From a virus: 64,000 nt of DNA. Under the pieces are notes generated by a model, which worked only from the letters and a program-made list of their open reading frames with translations, was not told the DNA's origin and searched no databases. Positions 1 through 14,378 of this stretch are shown here, piece by piece; within the stretch, counting starts at the first letter, position 1, and each line of letters opens with the position of its first letter. Location: IMG/VR virus record IMGVR_UViG_3300045988_141150, one strand, 5' to 3'. The position numbers and the translations under genes were made by a program.

Positions 1-1584
1 ATTAGTCCCAGAAGTAGTTATTTGAGTAACACCTTCAGCATTTTTCCACTAATATTCATAAATTCCATTTCCTAACTCACTAGTATTAGTGATATTAACA
101 ATATATTTTCCATTTTCAGTTTTTACTTCACCAGTAGGCACTAAATTGATAGGATCAAAATAATTAGTAAAATTAATTGGACCATAATCTATATTATCTT
201 TATTTTTATACCCATGAACTGTTAAAGTATAATTATCTTCTTGAGTTAAAGTTACAGTTTTTTCATTGCTAAATTCAGACCCATTCTTTGTCCAAAGATA
301 AGTACATTGAACTCCTTCATCATTCTACCCAATAGCAGTAATTGTATTAGAAGAGCCATAATAACATCCATTATCAGGAGAGGGATCAAGAATAATTTTA
401 AAATCTTCACTAATACCTTCCACAACAACACTTAATCCTACCCATTTAACTTCTCTACTTACTTGATTTGCGGTCGTACCATAGGCAGTTACACTATAAC
501 TTCCGCACCCGTCGACTTCACAATATTGGACTTTTAAATAAAGATCATTCTTTTTAGCAACATAATTCTCAAGATTAATATCGCTACTACTATTAATATA
601 AGTATCTCCATTTTTAGTGAAATAAGTCAATTTTTCGTTATAGGCCATATCTCCGCTAAAAATACTATTATCATCAACAATTTTTTTGTATTCATAGCCA
701 ATACCATTTTTTAATTCAGTATTAGTTCCTCTATAATTACAAATCCATTTATATTCAATAGTAGTATTGTCTGGATTGTTTAAAGTATCATTATAAGCTA
801 AAGCATATAATTTATCACCAGTTAAATAAACTGATTTATTATTTAAAATACTTGTCAAGAAAGCCACATTATCAGGGACTCCAAAGCCCGCAGATTTCTT
901 TGAATCAATTAAACTTTCTAAATACCCAGTTAAATAATCAACAGGTTGCGCGGTAATTAAGTCTTCATCAATGTCTAAAGTTTTATTAATAACCATTTGC
1001 GCGGGTAATGTATTAAATACATACATTAAATTATTATTATCTTTTGGATTTTTTTTGAAGAAAATAATAGAAAACTATAAAGTACCAGGTTCACTAGTTA
1101 CTTCATCACTAATTTGCCAACCAAAAATTAATTTTCCAGCAGTACCAATATCGGGGCAAATAGCTTCAGAATAACCTTGAATTTGATCGTTCAAATAATA
1201 CTAAATATAAATTTTAATATCATCAGCTGCTAAATCTTGTAAATCAAAATATCTATCAATTTGGAAATAAATTGTTTCTGCCAAATGATCATTTTCAACA
1301 GTAAGTAGTTGAGTTTTTCCAAATTCTTTAGTTAATTCAATTTGACGAGTATCAGCATTTATATTTATAATAGGCTCATCTAAGGGTATGCGAAGAACAG
1401 ATGGATCTAGTTTCTTCATTTGAACAATACCAGTGATGTTACTATAATAGTCTTCAATAGATTTTATTTCAACGATTTTTCCATTAACGTTTTTTATTTT
1501 ATTATCTTTAGCTAAAGTATTAATTTTCTTTTGAAGTTCTTCCCACTTAGCTTGTTCGATAACACTATCATTTTTAACTATCAA
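1..1584 (-). CDS. large virion/host-interaction protein with in-frame TAG codons, N-terminal part only; C-terminus lies left of the window
   Basis: ORF fragments 325..1026 and 1201..1584 share a frame and both end in TAG (cta on + strand); TTG start at 1584 with AGGAAGAG-like RBS; Gly/Asn/Thr/Tyr-rich beta-type composition. Confidence 0.4.
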
Positions 1585-1606
1585 ATCTATCTCTTCCTTT
1601 CTAAAA

Positions 1607-1650
1607 AAATTAGGTTAAATAGTTTTTTTCCTATTTAACCTAATTTTTTT
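1607..1650. terminator. bidirectional rho-independent terminator (A-tract, 13-bp stem, T-tract)
   Basis: aaaaaaattaggttaaatag-ttttttt-cctatttaacctaatttttttt palindrome directly downstream of minus-strand gene 1680..1880. Confidence 0.55.
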
Positions 1651-1679
1651 TATATTTAAATCAATGTATTCTGGCCTAT

Positions 1680-1880
1680 TTAAACCTCATACCATTCTTT
1701 TAATTCATTTTCAGGAACTAAAGGAGAGATGGAAAAGAATTCTTTTCCATCTCTTGTTAATTTTTTATTGTAATCTGCTATTAATCTATATAAAGTAGTT
1801 GCAGGAATTCCTGTTAATTGAATAGAAGATTCAATAATACCATTAGAACCCATATATCTATAAACAATTTCTTTTTCCAT
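1680..1880 (-). CDS. small protein (66 aa), possible HTH DNA-binding protein
   Basis: intact ORF; ATG at 1880 with GAGGAC RBS 7 nt upstream; TAA stop; segment GIPATTLYRLIADYNKK is HTH-like; no TAG. Confidence 0.5.
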   Translation of the reverse strand: MEKEIVYRYMGSNGIIESSIQLTGIPATTLYRLIADYNKKLTRDGKEFFSISPLVPENELKEWYEV

Positions 1881-1889
1881 AATTTGTCC

Positions 1890-4800
1890 TCACTTTACAA
1901 TAGGCTCTTCTTCAAAATTCGCTCTATTGGATATCATTGCTTCATAAATATTATGTAAAGTATTTTTAACACTTTCACCATAACTAGCCACATAATAATA
2001 TCTAAAACGACCTGTGTATCCATTAGCAACAGTAGGCATACCAGTTTGACGAGGAGTAAAAATATTACCAGAACTATCTGCTGTAATTTGTTTAATTGGG
2101 TGTTTATTAGTACCAATCTATACTTGGATAGCACCAGTATAACCTTTAAACTAATTACCAGACATATTTAAAATTGTCTGGCCAGAAAATGCATTTATAT
2201 CAAAATTAAGAATACCGTCTTTGCATCCCTCTATAATTAAATTATAAGGAGAATAAGAACCCATCTTACTTTGATAAAATGCTTGAGCTCCAAAAGTCAA
2301 ACCTTCAGTAGAAGAAGAATAAGGAATTATGTTATTACGGCTTAAAGGACATTGATAAAATGCTTTAGTGCCAATTTTCTTTAAACAATCACTAAATTGG
2401 AAATATTCTAATCCGCTATCTAAAATAAAGGCATAATCATCTATTACAGAAATTTTATTACTATCTTTTGGAGCAAAGAATATAGCAGTAATATTAGGAT
2501 TTACCTGAATACCAACTGCTGCTGAGGGGTTAACTTGACTATATTTAATTCTTGTAATTGGCTAACCATTATAAGTTGTAGGTAAAGTAATTTTGCCTTT
2601 TAAATTCTTAGCTAAGTCAGTCATTGCAAATGATAATTCTCCATCAGAGTTTATAATATCATAATATTTATGAGTAGCATCATTAGTTAAAATATTATCA
2701 TAAACACTAATCGGCTCTCCAACAGCATAAAATTCGCGGTCAGCATAGGCTAGTTGTTTAGTTAAATCAATTTTAACTCCATCCTTATCCGCCCATCCCG
2801 TCTATCTCCAAGTCCACTCTAATGGGTCTTCGCCTTCTGGTAAATCAGATACTTCTGTATTATTAAAATAATAGAATTCTTTTGGAACAGTAATTTTTTC
2901 ACCATAATTAAATACTTTCTTTACAGTTGAATCATTAATAATGCGGTCACCATTAACGAAAGTGATCGTATAAGATTTACGCTCAAATCTCGCTTTAAAA
3001 ATATAATCCATTTTATTAGGTTGTAAAGACAAAGAATTCCAATCGCTTTTTAAAACAACGTCTTCTTCATTTACATTTTTTCCAACAGTAATTACTAATT
3101 CTCCCGTATCATCTTCCCAACCTTTAAAATCATAAGTTGGCATTTTTTCTTGTAAGCTACCAAAAGAAATATAAGTTTCACTAGAAGAATTTGTTGGATC
3201 ATCAAAGAATTCACTGCTAGATAAGGGTAATTTCTAAGTTTTTAGAACCTCCTAAATTAACACTCCATCAATATCTTCTTTTTCTAAAATAAACTTGGCA
3301 GAACATTCTTGTTTAACGTTTTCTACAAAAATTATTAAATCAGGGTATTTATTCTATAACTCAGTCTAGATAATAGATTCATCAATCTAATTATTATTTT
3401 TTATATACATAACACCAGATATTTCTGGCTTATTAGTATTAAGACCCCTATAATTATTATAAATATCAATTAATAAATTATAATCAGTTATTATACTATG
3501 ATTATTATTGTCTCCATTTATTGTATCTAAATAATAAATCTGATTATTTTTAATATCAGATTTTGTTATTTTATTAACCTAATCTTTTGGAATAGCTACC
3601 AACTAAAAATGTCCATTATCTCTATAATAAGATTTTCTTTCTGGATCAAGAGTTGTTTTAGTGTCAGTCAGAAGTCTATATGGACTCCACTAAACATTAT
3701 TTAAATTAATAATACAATTAGATAAATCTAATTTACTATTTTTACTAGCTGAAATATATTTGCGTAATAATTTATAACTATTATAGCCTAAATTGCCACC
3801 TCGAATATCAAAAGTTCTTATCTCAGTTTTTTCTTTTCCTTCTTCAGCATCGGTAAGACCTTGAATATATAAACCACGATTTTCATCTAAAATCTCAAGT
3901 TTTCCAGTAATCGGATTTTTTTTAGGATATACATAATTAGTTATTAATTTCGTTAATAAATTAGCTTCTATTAAACTTAAATAATTTGTTCGATTAGTTA
4001 AATATAAAGTATTTAAAGCTACTCCAGGAGCGAAATTAACTCTCGGAATATTAGATTTAGTATTTCTAAAGTTTTCAAGTTTTTCACTTTTAGTTAAATC
4101 TAATGCACCCTAGTCTTTTTTAAAGTTAATATTACAAAGATTCATTTCTTTAAGTAAAGGCATTCCACCTTTTGGGAAGGACCAGTCATTTACATCATTA
4201 TTAAAATATTCATTACCGCTTTCATCTTTTCCATCATATCCTAATAATAAATCAGTTAAACGCTCCATTTTTCCTTCAGCTGCAAACTCTTGGAAATATA
4301 ATTTACTTAAATCACCAAGGGATTTCATTTGATCCATTCCATAAATATAATATAATTGTTCTTTATAATTACCGCTACTCATAATTCCTTTTTTAATATC
4401 AGGAGCTACATATTTAACCGGTTCTAAACCATTATATTTTTTTGAAGGAAAATTTTCTCCATCTGTACCAATAGTAACATAGGCATTACGCGCGGGTTCC
4501 ATGTTGATCCAATATTCACCATCAAACATATGATTTTTTTCTTCGAATTCAGCACCATTTTTCCAATACTGAGAATTTGTAATTAATCCTTCCATATTTT
4601 GAGTGTTAGTACCTTCAATCCATTTATCTGATGTATTCTTAGGATTGTTCGCGGAAATACGACTTCTAATATAGCTTCCTCCACCGTTTCTGGCATAAGT
4701 GCCAACAGTCAACCAAGAGTCAATGTAATTAAGACGATTAGCTAAAAATTGCGCGCGATAAAGATTTCTATCTCCTTGCAAAGCATAAAAATATTTATCA

Positions 4801-7800
4801 TCTTCAACCTCATATGAACCTCCATCAGTTAAACGGCCAAATACTGGCATATTTTCAGCTTTAGAATTTGTTGGAATAATATATTTAAATTCTTCATCTA
4901 AGCTTAAAGCAATAATTGGTCGATCTCCTAAAGCGGCATAACTATCAAGAAATACTGATGGATCAGTACGATACCATTTATCTACAATATCGCTCTTTTT
5001 AGCCCCTGCTCCTGCGCCTTTAGTAAAAATTTTATTTACTCTTGAATCATTTGGGCTATAAGAATTATTTTGAGTTCCCATTAATTGCTTATATTTATCT
5101 ACCATTTTATTCTTAAAGAAAGTATAAAAATTATTCCAAAGAACACTATCATTAGTCGAAAAACTTCCTTCTTCAGTAGCATCAATATAATATTCAAAAG
5201 ATGGGATACCGGTATTATTAATACCTAGTTGAGTATCAATATCATAAAAGATAGGATACCAAATATAATGCTATTTACCGGTAGATTTTTGAACATTGCC
5301 TTTTTGCGGACCCCAAGAAGCAAACATTGCATTTTTTCCACGAGAATCATAACATTCAAAAATTTCCGTCATCAAAAGATAAGAAGCCAAATATTCGATA
5401 TCAAAGAAATTACTTAATTCATTTTTAAATTTAGCTTGACGGTATTCTTTACTATCTTTAGTATAAGTAATAGAATCATAAGTTACTGGTTTAGGCAATC
5501 TCCATCTTTCATCAATAAGATCTTCATTTTTAACAAAAGAATAATAATCTAAAGAAGAATTAAATTTATCAGAACTTAATACATAAATTTCATTTTTACT
5601 ATCAACTAAAAGGTAGTAAGTATTTGTTTTATATACTTTACTCAAATCATTTGTAAGTTTTATACTTATATAATTTACTTTATTATTTTCATTAATCTAT
5701 TTATAATACCTTAATTCAGGATTATAATCTTCAGAAGCTAATTTATAAATAATTTTTCCATCTTTATTAACCCCATCTTCGATGTAATATTCATTAGGGG
5801 TGTATATAGCTGCTGCAAGTCCTTCAACTTTAGTATAAGTACCCATAGATTGAAGCTCTAATTTCTATCCATCCTCAAACTCAATCTTACCACAATCTAA
5901 ACAGGTACTCCATACCCAACTAACTGCATCTTCCCAGTTAGACATTAAAGCTAAGAGCAATTCTTGTTTACTTGTATTATTACCAACATTAAATTCTATT
6001 TCTTCTCCATCTGGATTTTTTATAATCCATTTAATAGATTTTACACCAGTAATTTCATCAATTATTTCTTTTTTAATAAGCCTATCAGGAGCTACATTTT
6101 TTAATTCTTCTCCAACAATCTTAGTCTATGTTCCATCTGGGTCATCCCAGTCTTTTAAATTAAATAACTATTCAGCAATTAAATCATCATTTGGATTATA
6201 TCTTGGTTCAAAAGAATCAACAACTTTTGGAGCGCCTTTAACTAATTCAGGATTATCTCCATCTGGAGGAATTACCATATTAGGATTCCTAAATGATAAT
6301 TTATAACGATTCCAAGGGTCGCGGAAAGAACAATATGTTCTTGAATTATTCTAAAATTCCCAACATTCAGCAATATCTCTTACTTTTGGAGTTCCATTAA
6401 TTTGATTCTATAAAACCTTTTTATCAGGCTTAAATCCATAGCATTCATCTGACCCTTTGTCTAATAGCATATTATATTTACCAATAAAAATACAATTACT
6501 GCTATTTTCTTTAGAATATGTATTATCATCATTAGACATATAATGGAAAGCTAAAACTGGGAATCCTTTCACTGAAGTACGATAATCTTCTAAATTTCCA
6601 TATAAATTATAATTATCAAAAGAATCTTTATAATCTTCTACGGGATGTTTAGAATAAATTTCATTAACTAAATTAGCAAACCCTCTATTATAATCTCCTG
6701 AAGATTCCATAAAATCTATTTTTAAAGTAAACTTAGTAGTACCAACTGTTTTATTATCCATATAAAACCATTCTAAATAACAAGGATGTTTAGTTATATC
6801 TTCATTATACTAATCTCCTGCTTTTTTATAAGCCTCAGCAAATGGGCCTCTATTTAAAAGCATTGATTTTTTACATTTAGCCTTATAATTACGACGAGGA
6901 TAAAATTGTGAAGAAGTGCCTTGGACTTGAAAAGTACATCCATTAAGAACAGTTATAAAACTAGGGCAATGATGTATATAATAATTCTATACAGCAGTAT
7001 ATTTTATTGTTTCTATCCCAGTCTCTTTATTTTTTTCAATTACAGGTTTCCATCCTTCTTTTATAGCAACTTTTTCTAATTCGCCACTATTATAAGCAGC
7101 ATCTAAAGCCGTATTAACAAATTCTAAAGTTCCTTCCTAACTTCCTTTTGCTTTAGAATAAGGTAATCTATTATCTGTGTTGTTTTTATTATTTTTAGTA
7201 GTTCTTAAAATAATATAAGGCATTAAAGGATCAGTAGGATGATTATCATTATACTTTTTCATTTTAGTATAAGAGAATACATCATCTTTTAATACCGTGT
7301 TATTCTCGTAAAGGTCTTTTTGATCCCATTGTTTTATACTTCTTTTATCAAAAGCATAATTTTGGACTATTTCAGGAATAGTTAAATCTGTATCATAAAC
7401 TCTAATACTATAAATATCAATATCACAAGTATTAGACATAAATTTAATGGAATCAGAATCAATATTCCAAACATCACTATTACAACGTACAACACTAGTT
7501 AAAACGCCATTCATAAAAATTTCTAATAATTTAGAATTTCCGCCTTCTATATCGCTTTTCTTTTTAGTATAAACAAATGAAAGATTTAGCATTTCATTTT
7601 CAATAAAATCAACTGAAACTGTTTCTTGAGCGCCATTAGCCGTAAATACAGCATCCTATGGACTAAAATAAATACCAGGAGAAACGGAACTTCCTAATTT
7701 ACCATACACACAAACTAAATTCTTTAAATTAAAATCTTGTTCTATTTTATTATACTCTAAATCATCATAACTATAATTAGTTGTCGGTAAATATTCTTTA

Positions 7801-9638
7801 ATTAAAAACTCATCATAATTAAGATATTTATTTTGAGCTTTAAATTTATCCCAAGCATCATCATCTTCCCAATTATCTTTACTTACTTTATATCTAGTAT
7901 ATTTAGTTATAACTTTAGCATAATTTTGAGGATTTTTTATTTTAAATTGAACCTCAATAGTAGCAGATGATGATCCATCTTTAAAAGCCATTTTCCCAAT
8001 TGGGATAGACACCTCGGCACCATTACTTACTCGCAAACAAGTCGTATTGTTTTCATCGAAAATCCAGCCATTATTATACCAATTAAAATTTTTAAATTCT
8101 ACGTATTTATTATTATTAATTAAATAAGTTTCACGACCTAATTTTCCCTCTGAGTTAGAACGACCAGTAGCTATAAAATTAACTTTTAAATTATCTTTTT
8201 TTGCTAATTTCATATCTCTTAAAGGATCAATTAAAATTGTAAAATTAAAATTACGAGAATAAGAATAAGGATCAGTACCAACTTTAATAGTATAATAAGA
8301 ACTATCATCTACAGTTAAATTAGTAATTTCCCAATATTGCCATTCTCTAACTTGTGAACTATCTAATTCTCTAGTTCCTACTTGGACGCCATTCTTATAA
8401 AGAGTTATAAAAGCTCCATTATTATTTGGGTCTAATACTTTAAAAGGAATTCTTATTGTCTCATAAGTATAATATTCTGTCTTAAAATCTTGCACCCAAA
8501 TTAAAGGCATTTTATTGCCTGGTTCTTGAATAACAATTTCCTTTTGAATAAAATCTGTTCCCGCGCCTTTTTTAGAATTATTCATTAAATATAACTTTGC
8601 TTTTATTATATGCTCACCATGAGTAAAATAATTTTTTAAAGTAGAAACTTTGTCAATCCCTAATATATTTGTATCAGGAGTAATAACAAAAGAATCTTCA
8701 GAAGAAGAATCAGTATCACTATAAGTTCTATCTAAAACTAAATAGTCATCAAAATAAACTTCAACAGATCTAGCGATATCTTCAGACATTAACCAGCTAA
8801 CAGATATTTGTCCGTTATCAATTGGACTATCATTACTAAAACTACTTTCTTTCCAACTGAAAGAAAGATGGTGCTTATTAATATTAATAGTGTCAGAGTT
8901 TTTCTAAAATCTATTATTTTCTTCATCAGGATTATAATAAATGCTAAAATTAATCTCACTAGAACATGAATTTCTTAAAATATTAGTTAAATCAATTTCT
9001 TGTGGAACATTATGTTCATAAGTAGTAGGAGGAGAAGTATAATATACTTCTTTTTCTGTAGCACTTTTAATTTCACTTATAGTTATAATTCCTTGCACAG
9101 AAGAAGATTGCGGAATACCACCAACAGTTCTACATTTAACCAAAACTTTTACTTTAACATTTTCTTCATTTAAGATATCAACAGGGCTGTCAGATGGAAT
9201 TCTTGTTAAAGAAACAGTTCCTAAAACTTTTTGTTCAGAGTCTCCTTCTCCGCCACCGCCCGCCCCGGCGACAGTTAATTTTTCACATCTCGCACATTCT
9301 TCGCGGTTTTCATTTAAAGCAAAACCTAAAATTCGATAAAAACATCCATCTAAATTTAAAATTAAATCATCTATATGACAATTTGTTATAGATAATTTTG
9401 ATAAAAGAATTAAATAAGCCACTGGGTTTTCATCCGCATCATATTCAATTTCCACAGTATTATCTGTACCGTAAATTACCTGAACACCACTAGACCCTAT
9501 TGGCATTTTATTTTCAGTTGCTGTATCTAAATAAACTCGGCCTGTATCTGTTGCAACATAAAAATATCCATCGCTTTGAGGATATTCTTTTATTTTTTCT
9601 TCTGGGCCCTATACAGGACGAAAACGTATTTTAGACAT
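1890..9638 (-). CDS. tail fibre / host-specificity region: one or more very large TAG-dense CDS in a single frame (up to about 2,580 codons); internal boundaries unresolved
   Basis: ATG at about 9638 with CTCC RBS 7 nt upstream; ORF fragments 8904, 7656, 7137, 6408, 5271, 4110 and 2802 are all in the same frame and all end in TAG; the gaps I translated (5106-5270, 6762-7136, 7593-7655, 8790-8903) hold no TAA or TGA; TGA stop at about 1890. Confidence 0.35.
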
Positions 9639-9666
9639 AATTTACTCCTTTCTATCCTAAAAAAAA

Positions 9667-9700
9667 TATGGGGAAAGAATATTTCATCTTTCCCCATAAA
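9667..9700 (-). terminator. rho-independent terminator after the fibre gene
   Basis: minus-strand hairpin tggggaaag..ctttcccca followed by a T-run, just downstream of the TAA at 9757. Confidence 0.55.
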
Positions 9701-9756
9701 AACATTCTTCTATATAAAATAGAAAAAATTATATTTATTATTAAATAGTATTGCCC

Positions 9757-11418
9757 TTAGAATGTTCCCCACTCTAGCTCAAAATTAACTTTAGCATCAT
9801 CAGTCTTAGTTGCCGCGGAAACATTAACCTTTAGACTATTACTTGCGAAAACAAGCGGTTTACCTTCAAGAACAGCACCCGCAACTTTAAGATTAGGAAT
9901 TAAAGTATTAGTACCATTTACCGTATAATCTGCATTAGCAATTTCTTGATGAGTATTTTTTACAGTAAAAGTTTTTTGAGTAGATTTAATTACATGCCCT
10001 TGAGCATCAATTTCAGTTGGCTCATTAATAGTAATAGTTTGTTCATCAGCATAAGATTGAGAAACTGGATCATTTACAGTTAAAGTATTACTATGTTTAA
10101 TAGTAACAACTTTAGAATTAGTAGGTTGACCTTTTGAATCTGTTAAAACTTCTGTTTCTAAAACAATACCACTTTCACCATGAAGAGCATAATCTAAAAG
10201 TTTTCTGGTAGACCCAAGTTTAATAATAAAACCAGCAGTACTATTATCATTGGCTCCTTCAATTTCAGTAACAGGATCATTAGCAGAAGGAACATAAGTC
10301 CAATTAATAGTACCAGTAATAACGCCATTAACCTCTTCCCCAGAAGCAATAATTAAATCACCAGGGCGTAAATAATGACCATTCCAAAGAGTATCTTCAG
10401 CTCCAGTATAAATAAAGGTATTACCTTCAGTAATTTCAGCAATATCAGAATTATCATAGGCAATAGCTCCATCTTTAACTTGGAATCCGCCACGGAATAC
10501 CATAGCATTAATAGTTCTAAGTTGATTATCAATATCTTGCTTACTATAAACAGGAAGAGTTAAAACACCATCTTTAAATTTGTAGCTACCAGTTTTACCT
10601 TCTAAAGCAATTTCCGGATCAATATCAGCAGATAAAGTTGTATTATTACCAGCCCCTTGAACACCAGGACCACTAATAGAAGCAGTAAAACCAGTACCAG
10701 TAGCATGATTAGCTACATCAATACTATCAACAGCTTTATTTACACTTAAAGTATAATTTCCAGTAGAAGTTTCAGCAATATTAACATTACTACCGGCGGT
10801 AATATTAAAATTACCTGCACCAGTATCGCCATTATTTAAATTAACATTTAAAGTTTTTTCGTTTAAAGAAGAATTTAATTGATAATTAATTCCTTTTAAA
10901 CTCAATTTAACAGTGTCTACACCGTTATCACCAATAGCAGGAACTGCTTCAATTTGGATATAATCGCTACCTATAATATCATAAGTTTCAGTAATAATAT
11001 TACCACTACTATCAGCAATAGTATTAGTTATAGAAGCTCCATTAGGTCTTTCAGGATTGTTATTTACTGATACATTACTATTCTCTTTTCTAGTATCTAA
11101 AACAGTATCAGTATTAGTTTGAATCCAATTTTTACCATTATTGATACATAAAATATTTTTATCTTTTATATAATAAAATTCGCCAGCAGTATTTTGGTTA
11201 AAACTTTGAGGTAAATCTGCGGTAGTATCAACTACATTAATGCCTTGATTTACAGGGACGCAATTATTTTCATCTACACCATAATAAAGACGGCTTGGTT
11301 TTTTATAGTCTTCGGCGGACTTATTGTCATTAATTACTAAATAAAACGCACCAGGTTTATATCTACCTGCCACCTTTTCAAATTCGGCTTGAGAGCCTTT
11401 TAAAAACTTAACGTTCAA
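9757..11418 (-). CDS. tail fibre / receptor-binding-like protein (553 aa), TAG-free
   Basis: intact ORF; TTG start with GGAGTG RBS 7 nt upstream; TAA stop; Gly/Asn/Thr-rich repetitive beta-type sequence typical of fibres. Confidence 0.6.
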   Translation of the reverse strand: MNVKFLKGSQAEFEKVAGRYKPGAFYLVINDNKSAEDYKKPSRLYYGVDENNCVPVNQGINVVDTTADLPQSFNQNTAGEFYYIKDKNILCINNGKNWIQTNTDTVLDTRKENSNVSVNNNPERPNGASITNTIADSSGNIITETYDIIGSDYIQIEAVPAIGDNGVDTVKLSLKGINYQLNSSLNEKTLNVNLNNGDTGAGNFNITAGSNVNIAETSTGNYTLSVNKAVDSIDVANHATGTGFTASISGPGVQGAGNNTTLSADIDPEIALEGKTGSYKFKDGVLTLPVYSKQDIDNQLRTINAMVFRGGFQVKDGAIAYDNSDIAEITEGNTFIYTGAEDTLWNGHYLRPGDLIIASGEEVNGVITGTINWTYVPSANDPVTEIEGANDNSTAGFIIKLGSTRKLLDYALHGESGIVLETEVLTDSKGQPTNSKVVTIKHSNTLTVNDPVSQSYADEQTITINEPTEIDAQGHVIKSTQKTFTVKNTHQEIANADYTVNGTNTLIPNLKVAGAVLEGKPLVFASNSLKVNVSAATKTDDAKVNFELEWGTF

Positions 11419-11432
11419 TTTTTTTCACTCCT

Positions 11433-12014
11433 TTAAATATCAGCCCAAGAAACAGTTTGTTCAACCGCTTCAACACGAGTTACCAAATTATCAGGACCCT
11501 TATCTACTAAATATTTATTAGCTATACTAATTGTTTCAATATCTCCCTAAGTTAATGTTCCTACTGGCATATCAATCCATGTACCAGCATCAGTGAGGAT
11601 ATGTTTTCCTTTAGTTTCATGCAAAGAAACTGGAACTAAACCTGGAACTCTACCCTTAAAAACAGGAGCTAATTTAGCTAAATTTTCTTCTGTAGATAAT
11701 TTTTCAACAATAGAATTAATTAAAGTCTCATTATTTTCTAAACTCTAATTAACCCATTTTTTTTGTTCTTCATTATAAGTTAAAACTTGATTTGTCTTAA
11801 CTTCATTGAGGACAATATCGCTTAAATCACTTAACTTACCTGCGGAACTAATTCCACCACAAATTAGACGACTACCTAAATAAAGTTCTCCAGAAGAATC
11901 ATTTTCCCCATAAATAAAATATAAAGTATCATTGTCTCTTTTTGTTCCTAAACTTTCAAAAGCAGTTTTAGAACCTCTGACAAATTTTACATATTTATTT
12001 AATGTATTAGGCAA
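11433..12014 (-). CDS. hypothetical virion protein (about 193 aa, 3 in-frame TAG)
   Basis: TTG start at 12014 with GGAAGGAG RBS; frame followed by hand through TAGs to TAA at about 11433. Confidence 0.45.
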
Positions 12015-12063
12015 GATAATCGACTCCTTCCTATTATTTATAAAATCTTTTTAATCAATACTA

Positions 12064-12096
12064 AAAGGGTTTGGCCTGTTAAGACCAAACCCTTTA
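12064..12096 (-). terminator. rho-independent terminator
   Basis: aagggtttgg..ccaaaccctt hairpin followed by a T-run on the minus strand, directly after the TAA at about 12103. Confidence 0.5.
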
Positions 12097-12102
12097 TTTA
12101 AA

Positions 12103-14376
12103 TTAAGTCGTCTCAGATGGAGTATCAGTATTATTTGAGCTATTTTTTAAAGCATCAACATCAGTTCTTAATCCAACAATTAAATTATTTAATTCAATGT
12201 CTTTATTCTATAATGCTTTGATGGTTGTATTTAACTACGTATTTTTATTCTATAATTCTACAATTAAATCAAACATTTCTGCTATTGTTTTAGCTCCATT
12301 ATTTCCAGAAGTCGCATTATATGTAAGACTGCGCACCGCGCTTTCATTTAATTTACTATTTGCTAAAGTATTTACATCAGCTAATGTGCCAGTATAACCA
12401 CCTAAAAGATTTGCTTTTAAAGTATTTAAACTACTCATAGTAGCAACTTTATTACTATTACTATAAGTTCCATCAAAAGTAATAGGCAAATCACTTTCTT
12501 GTAAAGCACTTCTTGAAACAGTTATTAAACCATCTTTTTCTTCTACCGCCGTAACAAATTGTTTATCTACCTTGTTATCAGCTTTATCTAATTTATCAAT
12601 AGCCTATTTAATACTATAAGCAACAGAATTAGTAGTAGATACATCTCCATTTAAAATATCAATTTTACTACTTAAATTACTAATACTAGTTCTATCACTA
12701 TTAATTCCTTGTCTTAAACCATAAAGAGTTGGGACAGTATCTTTACCAAAACTATTATTAGTTTGACCTAATAAAGTATTATATTTACTATCGCTATTAT
12801 CAATCAATTTAGTAATACTATCATTAAGAGTTGTATCTTTAGTGATAGTATTTAATTTATCGTTAGTAATATATCCAGTTCCTAATGTTAAAGTACCTAA
12901 ATAAGATTTCTCACTACTTAAAGCTCCAGTAGTATCAATAAAACTTAAAGAAGTAAGAACATTACCTTCTTTAGTATTTTCATAAGAGCCTTTTGGGATA
13001 CTAATTGAGAATGTTTCTTCTTTTACAACATGCCCAGCTCTATCAGTAAACAATTTAGGTAAATTAATGGAAGAACCAAAAGTATTAAAATCAACATCTT
13101 TACCATAACTTTTTGATGCTTTATTTACATCTAAATTATTATGGGTAATTATAATAGCTCCACCATTTTTTTCAATATCTGCATCTATTGAAATTAGATT
13201 ATCTCCCTAAATAGTTGCAGATTTCATATAATTATCATTAATATCATTGTCAGTTTCAGTAGAAAAGTAAATAAGTTTATTGGTCTCTAATTTTTCTAAA
13301 TTCATTTTTTTATTAAGAGTATTTAAAGCTCCCTTAACATTAGTTTTATCAAAATTAGTAACAGAATCATTACGATTTTGACCATAAAGTAAATCATAAG
13401 TTTCACATACCGCATTACCAAGAGCAGGAAGCTTTACTACAAGTGATTTGCGATCATAGCCATCTTCAATCGGTTCACCAACAACATTATCCTATTCTAC
13501 ATTATAATAAAATTTATATCCTGACTAACTTAATTTATAATTAATACTATTTTCTGTAATATTATCATAAGAGCGTTTTGTTTTACTAAATCCTTCTTTA
13601 TTATAATAAATATTATTATTATCTAAATCAAGTTGAAAATTAGTAGGAACTCTTAATTTATAAAGTAAATTTGTACTACTTTGATCAGCAGTTATTGCTG
13701 GTCCAAGTTCGCTTTCTAAATAATAAACGCGCCCTTCAGTTTTAGTATCATTATTATCTAATTTATAATGACTGTCAGCTTCATCGTAATAATAATACCT
13801 ACCTGGCTGATATACAATATTAGTACTATCAACCGCAACATATGGGTCTTGAGGAAGTAATGGATAAATTGAAAAATTCGGAACAACAGTATTTAATTCA
13901 GCAATCTAAATATAAGTTTCTTGGTTATTAACATATTGTTTTATCCAAACTGTAGAATCATATCCTCGTCCATAAACTGGATAATCTATTTGATAATTTT
14001 TATTATACTATTCATCATCAACTCTGTCATTAGTGATTCTAGTAAGATATCTCCAATATGGAGACCCATCAGATTTGGTATCTCCGGTATATAAATACCA
14101 ATATCTATTTCTATTAACCTTTACCATTTTACCTTTTTCACATAAAATAATGTGAGAATCACTTCTATCAACAGGATCATCATACATAATCTCATTATTG
14201 TCAAGGTAGCCTATTATATACTAAGAAGCCGGAAGGCCATACTCAACTAAAACATAGCGACCTAAAAATACTCCATCGCTTGCGCAATTGTTATCCATTT
14301 GAAGTCTATTATTATAAATCCTATCAAAAGTGAAGGTCGTTTTTGAAGTATTACTTATATTACCATAAAAACCCAT
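12103..14376 (-). CDS. baseplate / tail-associated protein (about 757 aa, multiple TAG)
   Basis: ATG at about 14376 with GAGGAGGG RBS; same frame as ORFs 12604..13053 and 12250..12489; I translated the whole frame by hand and found no TAA or TGA before the TAA at about 12103. Confidence 0.45.
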
Positions 14377-14378
14377 TA

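Noticed and set aside
1934-2134. Minus-strand ORFs 1934..2134, 14877..15071, 24665..24856, 40429..40686, 41196..41513 and 41556..41780
   Set aside because: They are in a frame other than the locally coding one and have low-complexity hydrophobic or basic composition. They are off-frame shadows of the real TAG-containing genes.
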